A stretch of DNA of 64,000 bases from Candidatus Heimdallarchaeota archaeon (lineage in GTDB: Archaea; Asgardarchaeota; Heimdallarchaeia; Heimdallarchaeales; Heimdallarchaeaceae): NCBI GenBank assembly GCA_030603365.1, contig JAUVXV010000002.1, forward strand, positions 160,001 through 224,000, in the 5' to 3' direction. Positions 31,404 to 41,412 of the stretch are shown here, in pieces (the first letter of the stretch is position 1; every line of letters starts with the position of its first letter). The position numbers were made by a program, and so were the translations under genes. The notes beneath the pieces were generated by a model. It was not told the origin of the DNA, did not search any database, and was given only the letters and a program-made list of their open reading frames with translations.

Positions 31404-33155
31404 TTATAAGTCATTCCTTTTGGAATTTGGCGAAAGAAATTCAAATTCTAGGATTTTCAATTGTTCTAGATGAAACGGAAATGGTTCAGGTAATAAAGAT
31501 AGTTTTTTTCTCCAATCTTTCTTATCTGTTATCCATGAGTTAGAATCAAGTGGATTTATTGGTGCATCGAATCTTATAGGTTTGTCAACCTTTCCTTCAT
31601 CCATTATTTCATCGATTTGCTCTCTGAATTTTTCATAATAATAGATTTCAGATTCATTAAGAATATTGAGCAATTTTGCGTCTGTGAATTCATCATCTGC
31701 GCGCATTAGATACATTTCTGCTCTCGTTTTGTTTTTGTTGAATACTTGATATATTGCCATCATTGTATAACTATAGATAGGTACAAAACGATTATTAAAA
31801 AGCATAAGATATACTTCTGCTGCTCTATCGAAGTAATTTTTCGAGTTAGCTAAATATTCAGGATCTTCTCCTTCAGCCCATCTGAACAACCAGAACCTGG
31901 CTAACAATAAAGACAGTTCTGGATCACCCTTATCAATTCCTTGAGTTTTGATAATTTTTTCCATTTTGGTGGTATCAGTCACTAAATCATATACAAATGC
32001 TCCAAAAGCAATCTTTGCATAAATCCCAATTAAATTGAAAGAAATTCCTAATTCTTCTCTTCTTGATCTACTCAGAAGTTCATTAACAAAATCTTCTATT
32101 TCTCGGAGAATTTCTTCTACTTCAAACTTGATAACAGACCTTGTTATTTCTGGTTTGTCGTCTTTGATATCTCCAACTAGTTTTGAGTTCTTGTATTGTG
32201 TTGCAATTAGATTATTCAAAATCTGGTAAAATCTTGTTTCTAATAATAGCGATTTCTGTTGAATGAAAAAGCTTCTAATTGTATCTCCAAACTCAGGATC
32301 ATTTATGTAAGGTTGAATTTCCGCCAATGCGCTACTATTTTCAATGTATGCCAGATTAAGCTGTTCAGTGATGTCTTCATTTGTGAATCGTACTCTCAGT
32401 TGGTGTAATTGTGCTTTCAAAGAAAACAAAGAAGATTCAGAAGTTTTTATTCTTAAGAGCTCAAACGGTTCTTCCTCAATTTCCTTGAGATAATGATGCC
32501 CTAGTCTAGCTTTTTCTATTGCGTCTTCAAATAATCCGCACCAATCCAAAAGATCTTCTTTGGAAATAACAGGGACTGTAACAAGGAAATTGTAAAGAGT
32601 AAGTACCAACAATTGAGCATAATTGGTAGCTGATTTTACAATATTCAGCTTGTCAGTTTCAGATAGATTTAGCCGTAGAATGGAATCAAGTTGCATATAA
32701 TCTATCAAAAAATTTAGATTCTGATTTTCTTTAGAGAGTAATTCACTGATTTTGTCTTTAGGAGGAAGCTTCCCATATTGAATTGTTCCTTCTAAAACAG
32801 CATGAAGAGTATAATAGGGATTTAATCCTTTGAGTTTAGAAAAAAGATCAATAAATGCAGATAAAGCAGGATAAAGCATAAACTGTGAGCTGCAGTTTTC
32901 TACTGCCTCCCACATTACTTTAATACTATACACAAGAAAATCAAAGTATTCTTTCTTGTAAACCCCAGATAATCGATATAAGCGCGAGATAAATGATTTG
33001 AAATGAGCAATTTTTGTGATGAATGAATCTACATCTACGTTTCTTTCTGAGAGAGTCAGAACTATCTCATCTACTTTACTTCGAACGAAATATATCATTT
33101 CTCTTGGTTGTAAACTTAAGAACTCATTTTGTTCTTGATCGAATGAATTGCTCAT
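31404..33155 (-). CDS. Hypothetical all-alpha protein (583 aa)
   Basis: Long ORF; no family recognised. Confidence 0.65.
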   Translation of the reverse strand: MSNSFDQEQNEFLSLQPREMIYFVRSKVDEIVLTLSERNVDVDSFITKIAHFKSFISRLYRLSGVYKKEYFDFLVYSIKVMWEAVENCSSQFMLYPALSAFIDLFSKLKGLNPYYTLHAVLEGTIQYGKLPPKDKISELLSKENQNLNFLIDYMQLDSILRLNLSETDKLNIVKSATNYAQLLVLTLYNFLVTVPVISKEDLLDWCGLFEDAIEKARLGHHYLKEIEEEPFELLRIKTSESSLFSLKAQLHQLRVRFTNEDITEQLNLAYIENSSALAEIQPYINDPEFGDTIRSFFIQQKSLLLETRFYQILNNLIATQYKNSKLVGDIKDDKPEITRSVIKFEVEEILREIEDFVNELLSRSRREELGISFNLIGIYAKIAFGAFVYDLVTDTTKMEKIIKTQGIDKGDPELSLLLARFWLFRWAEGEDPEYLANSKNYFDRAAEVYLMLFNNRFVPIYSYTMMAIYQVFNKNKTRAEMYLMRADDEFTDAKLLNILNESEIYYYEKFREQIDEIMDEGKVDKPIRFDAPINPLDSNSWITDKKDWRKKLSLLPEPFPFHLEQLKILEFEFLSPNSKRNDL

Positions 33156-33221
33156 TAATAACTAATGATTATGGAAACTGATAAAGGTGACGAAATTGTC
33201 AAAATTGAAAAAAAGAAAATG

Positions 33222-35039
33222 TTAGGCTAAATCTAACTTTTCTAGTTCTTCCTTGGTAGGATAACCAAGTTCATCCAAACCTCGTTTTTCGTAAAGCTTT
33301 GCTCTTGATTTAATAAAATCTTCATTATCGACAAAAGCAGTTTTACCTTCTGCTCGACCAGTAGGTAGAGGTTCTTCCATAAATCGTTTAGGAAGGTTAT
33401 CAAATTTAATTGGAGCTTTATCCCCAAATTCTCGAATATTGAACATTCTCTTCAGTATCCAAACTCTGCGAGCTACATTGATTAGCTCTTCCTCAGTAAC
33501 TTCCCTATCCCATACAGCTGACATAATGTCAACACAATCATCAAAACCTAAAGCTGGTTTGATACTATGTGTAAAGTGGCAGATGGAAAGACAATCTTTG
33601 ATAGTCTTGAGATCTTGTTGTTCAATCAAAGAATCTAGAACTTCAATCGCACTCTTATCAGGAACATCACTAGTAGTTGGCCATCCTCTCAAATGACTCG
33701 CACCAACAGCAGCTGTAGCATAACTGAGTCCTAAACCTAGTTTAGCTCGTGGATCCCAAGCTGCGAAAGGTAGTTTCTTAACATGAATAGCTAGATCCTC
33801 AATGTTCCAATGTTCAGCTGCTTGAGCTATTCCTTCAGCAAGAACATCACCTATATCCTTACGATAAGCTATCTTATCAATTAGTTCTAGAAATTTATCC
33901 ATATTTCCAAATTCGACATCATCAAATTCTGGTCCTTCGACTAATCCTTTCTCTTTGGCTTCCATGGTCATGGCTATTGCACTGCCAGTTGAGATAGTAT
34001 CTAGTCCTAGTTGGTTGCACAAGTAATTTGCATGAATAACAGCTTCAACATCATTTATCCCACAATTACCTCCAAGCATGGCAAGTGTTTCATATTCTGG
34101 TTTAGCAATTTCCTTTCTGTCTTTCTCAACCCAGTCAAAAACAGAAGCATCAAGAGTTTCACTGCAACCTATTGGACATTGAAAACATGGACGCCTGAAT
34201 CGTTTGTATTTCTCATCAAAAATTTCATGGCCAAGATTATCTACATCCTCAAATTCCCCTGATTGCCAATTACGAGTAGGGTAGTGATCAAGATTACTAG
34301 CTACTTGAACCAACCAGCTGGTTCCATGTTGATGGAGTAAATGACCATCATCCTTAGCATTTTTTGCTCGTTGAATAATATCTTTTCTAATATCAGCTAT
34401 TTGATCTTGATTGCCTTCTTTTGGACGAGAAGAACCTTTGACAGCTACAGCTTTAAGATTCTTTGAACCAAAAACTGCACCTAATCCTCCTCTTCCAGCA
34501 TTTCGAAAACCATCAGAAGTTGTACAAGCGAATTTTACAAGATTTTCCCCTGCAGGACCTATGGTCATTACTCTTACTTTTGGTTCTCTTTCTAACTCTC
34601 TAAGCAGTACTTCAGTTTCATAAACGAAGTAACCCCATAAATCGGTAGCATCCTTAATCTCAACTTTTTGATCTTTTATGGAGATATAGACTGGCTTAGA
34701 GGATTTACCTTCGATGATAATCAAATCGTAACCAGTAAATCTGATTTCTGGTCCGAAAAATCCTCCAGCATTACTATCCAAATACAAGCCTGTTAAAGGA
34801 CTCTTAGTCCCTATTGCATACCTGCCAGAAACAGGAATCTTTGAGCCTTGTAAAGGACCAGGAGCAATTATTATTTTATTTGCTGGTGAGAGAGGATCAA
34901 TATTAGGCTCTAACTCTTTATGCAAATAGTAAGTTATGAAACCTGTTCCTCCGATATAATCATAAATAACAGAATTCGGGATTTCTTCTGTTGAAACCGA
35001 TTTATCTGTTAGATTTATCCTTAGAAGCTTATTATTCAT
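33222..35039 (-). CDS. aor: Tungsten aldehyde:ferredoxin oxidoreductase family (probable start 35039)
   Basis: KSPLT, GPAGENLV, GRGGLGAVFGSKNLKA, C..CPIGC, EYET, GLDTIS. Confidence 0.93.
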   Translation of the reverse strand: MNNKLLRINLTDKSVSTEEIPNSVIYDYIGGTGFITYYLHKELEPNIDPLSPANKIIIAPGPLQGSKIPVSGRYAIGTKSPLTGLYLDSNAGGFFGPEIRFTGYDLIIIEGKSSKPVYISIKDQKVEIKDATDLWGYFVYETEVLLRELEREPKVRVMTIGPAGENLVKFACTTSDGFRNAGRGGLGAVFGSKNLKAVAVKGSSRPKEGNQDQIADIRKDIIQRAKNAKDDGHLLHQHGTSWLVQVASNLDHYPTRNWQSGEFEDVDNLGHEIFDEKYKRFRRPCFQCPIGCSETLDASVFDWVEKDRKEIAKPEYETLAMLGGNCGINDVEAVIHANYLCNQLGLDTISTGSAIAMTMEAKEKGLVEGPEFDDVEFGNMDKFLELIDKIAYRKDIGDVLAEGIAQAAEHWNIEDLAIHVKKLPFAAWDPRAKLGLGLSYATAAVGASHLRGWPTTSDVPDKSAIEVLDSLIEQQDLKTIKDCLSICHFTHSIKPALGFDDCVDIMSAVWDREVTEEELINVARRVWILKRMFNIREFGDKAPIKFDNLPKRFMEEPLPTGRAEGKTAFVDNEDFIKSRAKLYEKRGLDELGYPTKEELEKLDLA

Positions 35040-35180
35040 GCGAGAAGAAAACAAGAAGATTTTTTAAAGGTTGTTTTTCAACAATTGAACATAATTAACT
35101 CCTCATGTAAGAAAAAGAAGGGATGAAGGTTTTGTTCATGTTATTACTTCTTTTCTATGTAGTTTCTGACAGCTGTTCCA

Positions 35181-36263
35181 TTATTTCTTTAACTTCTTCG
35201 AGATTATCCTTGGGAGAAATAATATAACTATGGGAAGAAGTAGAGTTAGTAAAATGATTTGTGGATATTCAGCTACTACAGGTTCTCCAAGAGGATATAA
35301 ATCAACAGCATCAGCTGAACCATCAATAGAATAAGCACCTGTTCCTGACCAATCTGACCAATAGTTACCCTCTTGTGTTGCAGTATCATACCAGGTATTA
35401 TTAATTCCATCATCATACGCTTGGGAAGTACCACCAAGATTATTATCTACAAAGGTATTATGGTGAATAAGATTATTTTCAGAATTGTATCTTAAGTATA
35501 CTCCATAGTCTTCATTTTCTTGTAGAAGATTGTAAGTAATGTAACAGAACTCTGAATCGCTAATATATATACCATGAGTGTTATTATTACAAGTATTGCT
35601 GGTAACAGTAGAACTACCAGAAGAGTAAAGTGCGATGCCCTCATAGTTGTTGTTGCTGCAAGTGTTGTTGGCAACAGTAGAACTCCTAGAATTGCCAATA
35701 AAGATGCCAGAACGACCCCTGTTATTGTTGCATGTGTTGTCAGTAACAGTAGAATTACTAGAATAGACAAGTTTGATGCCATCACTGTTGTTGTTGCATG
35801 TGTTGTTAGTAAAAGTAGAATTAGCAGAAGATTTTAAGTAAATGCCGCAATAATCGTTATTGCAGGACGTGCTGTTAGTGACAGTTGCTGTTCCATCAGC
35901 TGCATTATCGATATAAATTCCACAATCTAAAGCATCAACATAACAGTTGCGAATAATGAAATATTTAGTTGTATGTTCTATAGAAATCCCCTTACTCTCT
36001 GTTGTAGAAATATTATATCCTTCAATAATGTAAGGATCAGTTTCTATACCTGTTCCAGGAAAACCATAATCAGTGAAATTATCATCAGAGATTATTTCAA
36101 TGGCTTCATGGGGTGTTAAGGCTAGAAGAGAAGGATTTCTGATTTGGTCGTCTGTGATTGATAATGTAATATTAATTGAACTTTGGTTAATAGTAAAAAC
36201 CAGCAGTATAGAAACAATTATTCCTAAGATTGTTCTTCTCAAGAAGACATTACTTTTTTTCAT
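35181..36263 (-). CDS. Secreted NosD/right-handed parallel beta-helix surface protein (probable start 36263)
   Basis: G.G...DPYIIEG, NNTC..N...GI repeats, GNYWSDW, D.YP; C-terminal TM and basic tail. Confidence 0.85.
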   Translation of the reverse strand: MKKSNVFLRRTILGIIVSILLVFTINQSSINITLSITDDQIRNPSLLALTPHEAIEIISDDNFTDYGFPGTGIETDPYIIEGYNISTTESKGISIEHTTKYFIIRNCYVDALDCGIYIDNAADGTATVTNSTSCNNDYCGIYLKSSANSTFTNNTCNNNSDGIKLVYSSNSTVTDNTCNNNRGRSGIFIGNSRSSTVANNTCSNNNYEGIALYSSGSSTVTSNTCNNNTHGIYISDSEFCYITYNLLQENEDYGVYLRYNSENNLIHHNTFVDNNLGGTSQAYDDGINNTWYDTATQEGNYWSDWSGTGAYSIDGSADAVDLYPLGEPVVAEYPQIILLTLLLPIVILFLPRIISKKLKK

Positions 36264-36457
36264 TTTTTTACCTCGATCAATGTAACTATAATGATTGGCT
36301 TTTAATTGTAATAAACTTTGTCTAATCTTAGAGAAAAATAACAATTTTGTCGTAAAACTAAACCATTTCTAGAAAGCCTTATTTACTATAAAATGTATAC
36401 ATTATAATTTCAAATAGTTGAACTAAACTATTTGAGGTTTGAAAAGAGTTGATAAAA

Positions 36458-38482
36458 ATGAACAAGAAAAAAAGAATAATAGTTATAAGTTTAAGCCTTC
36501 TTCTTATCGGTTTTCTACTAAGTATGGATTCTTTTAGCAGAGTTTATTCCTTGAATTCTCAAACAAATAATAATTTCCAAAACATTCTGAATTCATATGA
36601 TAAATCTTCATGGGTATGGAGTCAAGTAGATGTTATTTCGACGGATAGTACAAGCAATTCCCAGAATCCATCTTCTTTTGTAGATTCTTATGGGAATGTG
36701 CATGTAGCTTGGTGGGATTTTACTGATTATGCTGGGGCTGGACCAGATGCAGATGTTTTTTACAAAAAATGGGATTTTTCTTCTTCTTCCTGGACAGCAA
36801 CAGAAGTCGTCTCAACAGAAAGTACAAGTGATTCGCCCTATCCATCTCTTGCTGTTGATTCAACAGGAAATGTGCACATCGCTTGGGTAGATTTGACTAA
36901 TTATGCTGGTTGTGGAACTGATTTTGATATTTTCTATAAACACCGGAATGTAACAACTTCTCTTTGGACACCCACTGAAGTCATTTCTGTTGAAGGATCT
37001 AGTGGTGTAGGTCCTACCGCTCTTACTGTAGATCCTAAAGGTAATCCACACATTGTCTGGATTGAATCCTATGATTATCTAGGCTGTGGTACAGATGTTG
37101 ATGTTTTCTATAGAAGGTGGGATGACATTTCACAAACCTGGACAACTACTGAGGTTGTTTCCACTGAGAGTACTGATAGATCTATGGATCCTTCTATTGC
37201 TGCTGATTCCAAAGGGAATATTCATGTTGCTTGGCACGATTATACTGATTATGATGGTGCAGGAACAGATTATGACATTTTCTACAAATTATGGAATGTT
37301 ACTGCTGCTTCTTGGACAACTACTGAGGTTGTGTCTACTGAAAGTACAAGTAGTTCTAAGTATCAAAAACTTAAAGTTGATTCTATTGATAATGTGCATA
37401 TAGCGTGGGAAGATAGTACAGATTATGTGGGGAGTGGAACAGATACAGACATTTTCTATAAAAGCAAAGATGCTTCTTCAATGATATGGACAACTACTGA
37501 GGTTGTGTCTACTGAAAGTACAGGAAGTTCCAGAACCCCTTCCCTTTCTTGTGATTCAGGAAGTAATGCGTATATAACGTGGTATGATAGTACCAACTAT
37601 ACTAACTGTGGTACAGATTGGGACGTTTTCTACAAATACTGGGATTCTTATTCAATATCATGGACTGCAACAGAGGTCATTTCTTCTGAGAGCACAGGTT
37701 CTTCTGCGTACCCCTCTATTGTTGTCGATACAGCTGATAATGTCCACATTCTTTGGCATGATACTACTGATTATAATGGTTCTGGAACAGATTATGATGT
37801 TTTTTATCGAGTATTTTCTGGACCTCCTGTAAATCCTATTTTAGCATTTATCGTTCCTAATCCTAGCAAATCTGGTAATATAATCTTAGACTGGAATGAT
37901 GTTATAGGTGGAACAATATATCATGTTTATCGATCTTCTTCCTATATATGGTCTGTAGATGAATTGACACCTATAGCTTCAATTTCTCAAAGTTATTATA
38001 CAGATGTAATCAGTTCAGAAGGATTTTATTATTACTCTATAGTAGCAGAAAGTATAACTGGAGAAAAATCTTTTTCTAATTGCGAATATGTTGAAGTAAA
38101 ATTCTCAGAGCTGAAACCACCAATTTTAGCACCTATAATACCAAATCCTACAGAGAACAATGTTATAGCCCTAGATTGGGATGACGTGGAAGGAGCTATT
38201 CAATACTGTGTATTTCGTTCTACTTCCTTTATTTGGACAATAGAGGAGCTAACACCAATAGCATGTATTTCATCAAGTGATTATATAGACACATTACCGG
38301 ATCAGGGTTTCTACTACTACGTTGTTACTGCAAGCGATAGCATTTCTAATAGTACTTCTAATTGTCATTATGTTGAATACGAAGTCCCTCATATTCAAGA
38401 ATTTACAATTATTATTGGAGCAGTATTTGGTGTCATTGTAATTCTAGTAGGAATCAATAAACTGAAAAGAAAGAAACAATAA
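36458..38482 (+). CDS. Secreted surface protein: about 7 x 58-aa repeats (probable beta-propeller), two FnIII-like domains and a C-terminal anchor
   Basis: W..TEVVSTEST..S..PS...D..GNVHIAW.D.TDY.G.GTD.DIFYK repeats; LDW.DV.G...Y.V.RS twice. Confidence 0.8.
   Translation: MNKKKRIIVISLSLLLIGFLLSMDSFSRVYSLNSQTNNNFQNILNSYDKSSWVWSQVDVISTDSTSNSQNPSSFVDSYGNVHVAWWDFTDYAGAGPDADVFYKKWDFSSSSWTATEVVSTESTSDSPYPSLAVDSTGNVHIAWVDLTNYAGCGTDFDIFYKHRNVTTSLWTPTEVISVEGSSGVGPTALTVDPKGNPHIVWIESYDYLGCGTDVDVFYRRWDDISQTWTTTEVVSTESTDRSMDPSIAADSKGNIHVAWHDYTDYDGAGTDYDIFYKLWNVTAASWTTTEVVSTESTSSSKYQKLKVDSIDNVHIAWEDSTDYVGSGTDTDIFYKSKDASSMIWTTTEVVSTESTGSSRTPSLSCDSGSNAYITWYDSTNYTNCGTDWDVFYKYWDSYSISWTATEVISSESTGSSAYPSIVVDTADNVHILWHDTTDYNGSGTDYDVFYRVFSGPPVNPILAFIVPNPSKSGNIILDWNDVIGGTIYHVYRSSSYIWSVDELTPIASISQSYYTDVISSEGFYYYSIVAESITGEKSFSNCEYVEVKFSELKPPILAPIIPNPTENNVIALDWDDVEGAIQYCVFRSTSFIWTIEELTPIACISSSDYIDTLPDQGFYYYVVTASDSISNSTSNCHYVEYEVPHIQEFTIIIGAVFGVIVILVGINKLKRKKQ
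36613..37810 (+). repeat. Intragenic 174-bp tandem repeat (about 7 copies)
   Basis: tggacaactactgaggttgtgtctactgaaagtaca is identical at 37313 and 37487. Confidence 0.8.
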
Positions 38483-38769
38483 GATGAAGCTAAATTTCTT
38501 ATCTTTCCTTTCCTTTTTCTTTTTTACATTCTTCAGTGTTTTAGATTTAGAAAAGTTTAGAATTTTAAACTCCTTATCAATGAACAATAGATAGGTGTCT
38601 ACTAAATATAGAATTTTATCAATTGGGACGTTGATTGTGTTTTTTTCTTTTTTCAGCAAATTATTTCCCAATTGATAGTAATCTTTTTTGTTAAAGAGGA
38701 ATGTTTTGATGCAAATTGTGCTTATTTGTCAATAAAATTAATCTTTGTGAGAAAAAGGAAATACATGAA

Positions 38770-38801
38770 AATCTAGCTTAAATTGCTAGATTCCTTTTTT
38801 T
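38770..38801. terminator. Hairpin between convergent genes (possible terminator)
   Basis: aatctagc-ttaaatt-gctagatt, followed by a T-run on the + strand. Confidence 0.4.
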
Positions 38802-38803
38802 CA

Positions 38804-40621
38804 TTAGTTTATATCTAATTTATCAATTTCTTGTTCAGTGGGAACTCCGTATTCATCTAGTCCTCGTTTTTCATATAACAATTGAAGTGATTTTTCAAAA
38901 TCCTCTTCGCTGACAAAAGCTTTACTTCCTTCCGCTCTACCTGAAGGTAAAGGTTCATTCATGAATCTATTGGGAAGAACATCATAATCAATTGGTTTGT
39001 AATTATCGAACTGGTTGATATTGAAAAGACGTTTAGTTATCCAGATTCTTTGGGCTATTTCCATCATCTCTTCTTTAGATACATCTCTGTCCCATAAGGC
39101 AGATAGTATTTTCTGTCTATCTTCAAATGAGAATCCTCCATCAATTACATAGGAGAAGGTACAAACTACTAGACAATCTATTAGAGATTTGTAATCCTGT
39201 TGTTCAATCAGGGAATCAATTACATCTAATGCGCTCTTATCTGGTACTTCAGCTGTCGCTGGCCATCCTCTCAAATGTGAAGCTCCAACAGCAGCTGTAG
39301 CATAACTCAGTCCAAGACCAAGTTTTCCTCTGGGATCCCAAGCAGCAAAAGGAAGTCCTTTGACATGTATGGCTAAGTTCTCTATTCCCCATTCTTCTGC
39401 AGCTTGAGCTACACCCTTAGCTAATACATTTCCGAATCCTTTTCTATATGCAATCATTTCAATGATTTCTAATAATTTCTCTCCGTTTCCGAATTTCACT
39501 CCTTCAAACTCTGGTCCTTTGAGTAAACCTTTCTCAACTGCTTCCATAGTCATTGCTATTGCACTTCCTGTTGATATTGTATCAAGTCCTAGTTGGTTGC
39601 AGAGATAGTTAGCATGAGAAATAATATCGTTATCACTAATTCCTACATTTCCTCCAAACATAGCAAGAGTTTCGTATTCAGGTCGAGCTATTTCTATCTT
39701 GTCTTCAGGAACCCAGTCAAAGTCTTTTGCATCCAAAGTAGATGAGCATCCTATTGGACAACCGTAACATGGTCTCTTAATTGCTGTATAAGCTTCTGCC
39801 ATATCAGGACCACCTATTTTTTTGTAATCTTCATATTCTCCTGATTGCCAATTACGTGTTGGATATTGGCTCATCTCATTAGCGAAACTAACAGCACTGC
39901 TAGTTCCGTAGGTAAACATTTCTGAACCAGAATCTTTTGCTTTCTTAGCTCTTGCCATTATATCTTTTCGAATCTCATCTATTTTCTCTTGATTTCCATT
40001 AGCAGGTTTTTCTGAACCTTTTACTGCTAAAGCTTTGAGATTCTTTGATCCAAAGACAGCTCCTAATCCTCCCCTGCCGGGATTGCGGTGACTATCAGCT
40101 GTTGGGCAAGATATAGCAACAAGATTTTCTCCAGCTGGACCAATACAAATAACCCTCATTCTGGGTTCGTTTTCATCTTCTTTTATCTTATCTTCAGTTT
40201 CATAAGAGAGTTTACCCCAAAGATGTTTTGCGTCCTTGATTTCAATGGCATCGTCTTTGATTGATACATAAACTGGATTAGATGATTTACCTTCCAGAAT
40301 AATAAGGTCATATCCTGCAAATCTGATTTCGGGTCCCAAAAATCCTCCTACATGACTATCTAGAAAATGGTTTGTGAGAGGACTCTTAGTACCTACTGCA
40401 TAACGTCCAGTGATTGGTATGCGTGTACCTGATGCTGGACCTGGTGCGATTATGATCTTATTTTCAGGTGATAAGGGATCAATTTTTTTCTGAAGTTCTT
40501 TGTATAGATAATATGAAATAAATCCAGTTCCACCTATATATTTCTTGTAAACGTCTTCTGGAATTTCTTCTTTTTTCATTGTTCTGTTTGAAAGATTTAT
40601 CCTTAGAAGTTTATTTCTCAT
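38804..40621 (-). CDS. aor: Tungsten aldehyde:ferredoxin oxidoreductase family (paralogue of 33222-35039)
   Basis: Same AOR motifs; long peptide blocks shared with the first copy. Confidence 0.93.
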   Translation of the reverse strand: MRNKLLRINLSNRTMKKEEIPEDVYKKYIGGTGFISYYLYKELQKKIDPLSPENKIIIAPGPASGTRIPITGRYAVGTKSPLTNHFLDSHVGGFLGPEIRFAGYDLIILEGKSSNPVYVSIKDDAIEIKDAKHLWGKLSYETEDKIKEDENEPRMRVICIGPAGENLVAISCPTADSHRNPGRGGLGAVFGSKNLKALAVKGSEKPANGNQEKIDEIRKDIMARAKKAKDSGSEMFTYGTSSAVSFANEMSQYPTRNWQSGEYEDYKKIGGPDMAEAYTAIKRPCYGCPIGCSSTLDAKDFDWVPEDKIEIARPEYETLAMFGGNVGISDNDIISHANYLCNQLGLDTISTGSAIAMTMEAVEKGLLKGPEFEGVKFGNGEKLLEIIEMIAYRKGFGNVLAKGVAQAAEEWGIENLAIHVKGLPFAAWDPRGKLGLGLSYATAAVGASHLRGWPATAEVPDKSALDVIDSLIEQQDYKSLIDCLVVCTFSYVIDGGFSFEDRQKILSALWDRDVSKEEMMEIAQRIWITKRLFNINQFDNYKPIDYDVLPNRFMNEPLPSGRAEGSKAFVSEEDFEKSLQLLYEKRGLDEYGVPTEQEIDKLDIN

Positions 40622-40659
40622 AGATTTCTTATCTATTACACGCTTTTAAGTATTATCAA

Positions 40660-40689
40660 GAAAAAAAAAGAAGGAGAGTTTTCACTCTC
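40660..40689 (-). terminator. GAAA-tetraloop hairpin plus U-tract downstream of the interrupted gene
   Basis: Minus strand reads gagagt-gaaa-actctc-cttcttttttttt. Confidence 0.5.
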
Positions 40690-40720
40690 TTTCTATTTGT
40701 CATTTAAACAAGGTGAAATA

Positions 40721-41412
40721 TTAGTTAGGTATTAGAACGCACGTTATGAAACTTGGTTAAACTTACCAGAAGGCGCCTAACCGTCGTTTAAGTGGGTCCC
40801 CTCACGTGCGTTGAGGGGAAGTTATGCAGATTTAGGTCTGCGATAGTTGGTGGAGCATCAGCACCGAGCTAGCTAGGCCCCCTGGTTCAAGGTAGATTTA
40901 CTGAGGGACAACCACTTGTGTAGTTGCGAACCAGATACATGCTGAAACGCACACCTTCTAACTTGCTATGTGTACTTTCATATATAAACTCGTAGAAAAA
41001 TCGCTCAGGGTTACTCGCTCCTGCTACTCTTTTTACCCGGGTAGAGAGCGTATGGCAAGATCAGTCAACTTTCCTGCTCTCAGTGGACGACGGTTCCAAG
41101 AAAACCATTTGTCGTACCATCAATATTCCATAGAATACCAAACAGTTTCATTCCTTCAAAATCCTCAAAGCCTTGTAATGTAAACATCCCATAAAGCATT
41201 CCACCTACTTTCTTAGCCATGATAGTTCCAGTGAAATATCCTGATAGATCTCCCCATGTGATGTAAAACCAAGTTTGTCCATTGACTACAAGAACTCCTG
41301 TTGCTAGGTCTATTTTAGCATTGAACAATGATTTTGTCCATCCAGTTATTATATCGTCTCCAATAGTTCCACCTAATAAGTGCATAGACCAGTAATCTTT
41401 GATATGAAGTAT
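40721..41412 (-). pseudogene. 5'-truncated small beta-rich protein gene, interrupted near its 3' end by a 353-bp insertion
   Basis: Removing 40740-41092 gives ...GGA ACC GTT CTA ATA CCT AAC TAA (GTVLIPN*); the 5' end runs into the divergent pseudogene. Confidence 0.6.
40740..41092 (+). mobile_element. ORF-less, GC-enriched, highly structured 353-bp insertion with a duplicated ACG core
   Basis: ACG at 40737-40739 and 41090-41092; several hairpins; removal restores the host ORF. Confidence 0.65.

Noticed and set aside
35121-35148. Possible fifth copy of the 28-bp end motif
   Set aside because: Needs indels to align, and no convincing partner was found at 38500-38800
36613-37810. DGR template/variable repeat pair
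   Set aside because: The repeats are tandem coding units without adenine-specific differences, and no reverse transcriptase is in the window
38444-38671. 75-aa minus-strand ORF
   Set aside because: Low-complexity AT-rich intergenic sequence overlapping a real gene end
40740-41092. RNase P RNA, SRP RNA, or group I/II intron identity for the structured island
   Set aside because: No RNase P or SRP consensus recognised; junctions do not fit U|...G (group I); the start is GCACG rather than GUGYG and there is no well-formed domain V. Not excluded without covariance models.
40968-41183. 71-aa plus-strand ORF
   Set aside because: Spans the insertion end and is antisense to the pseudogene; no protein features
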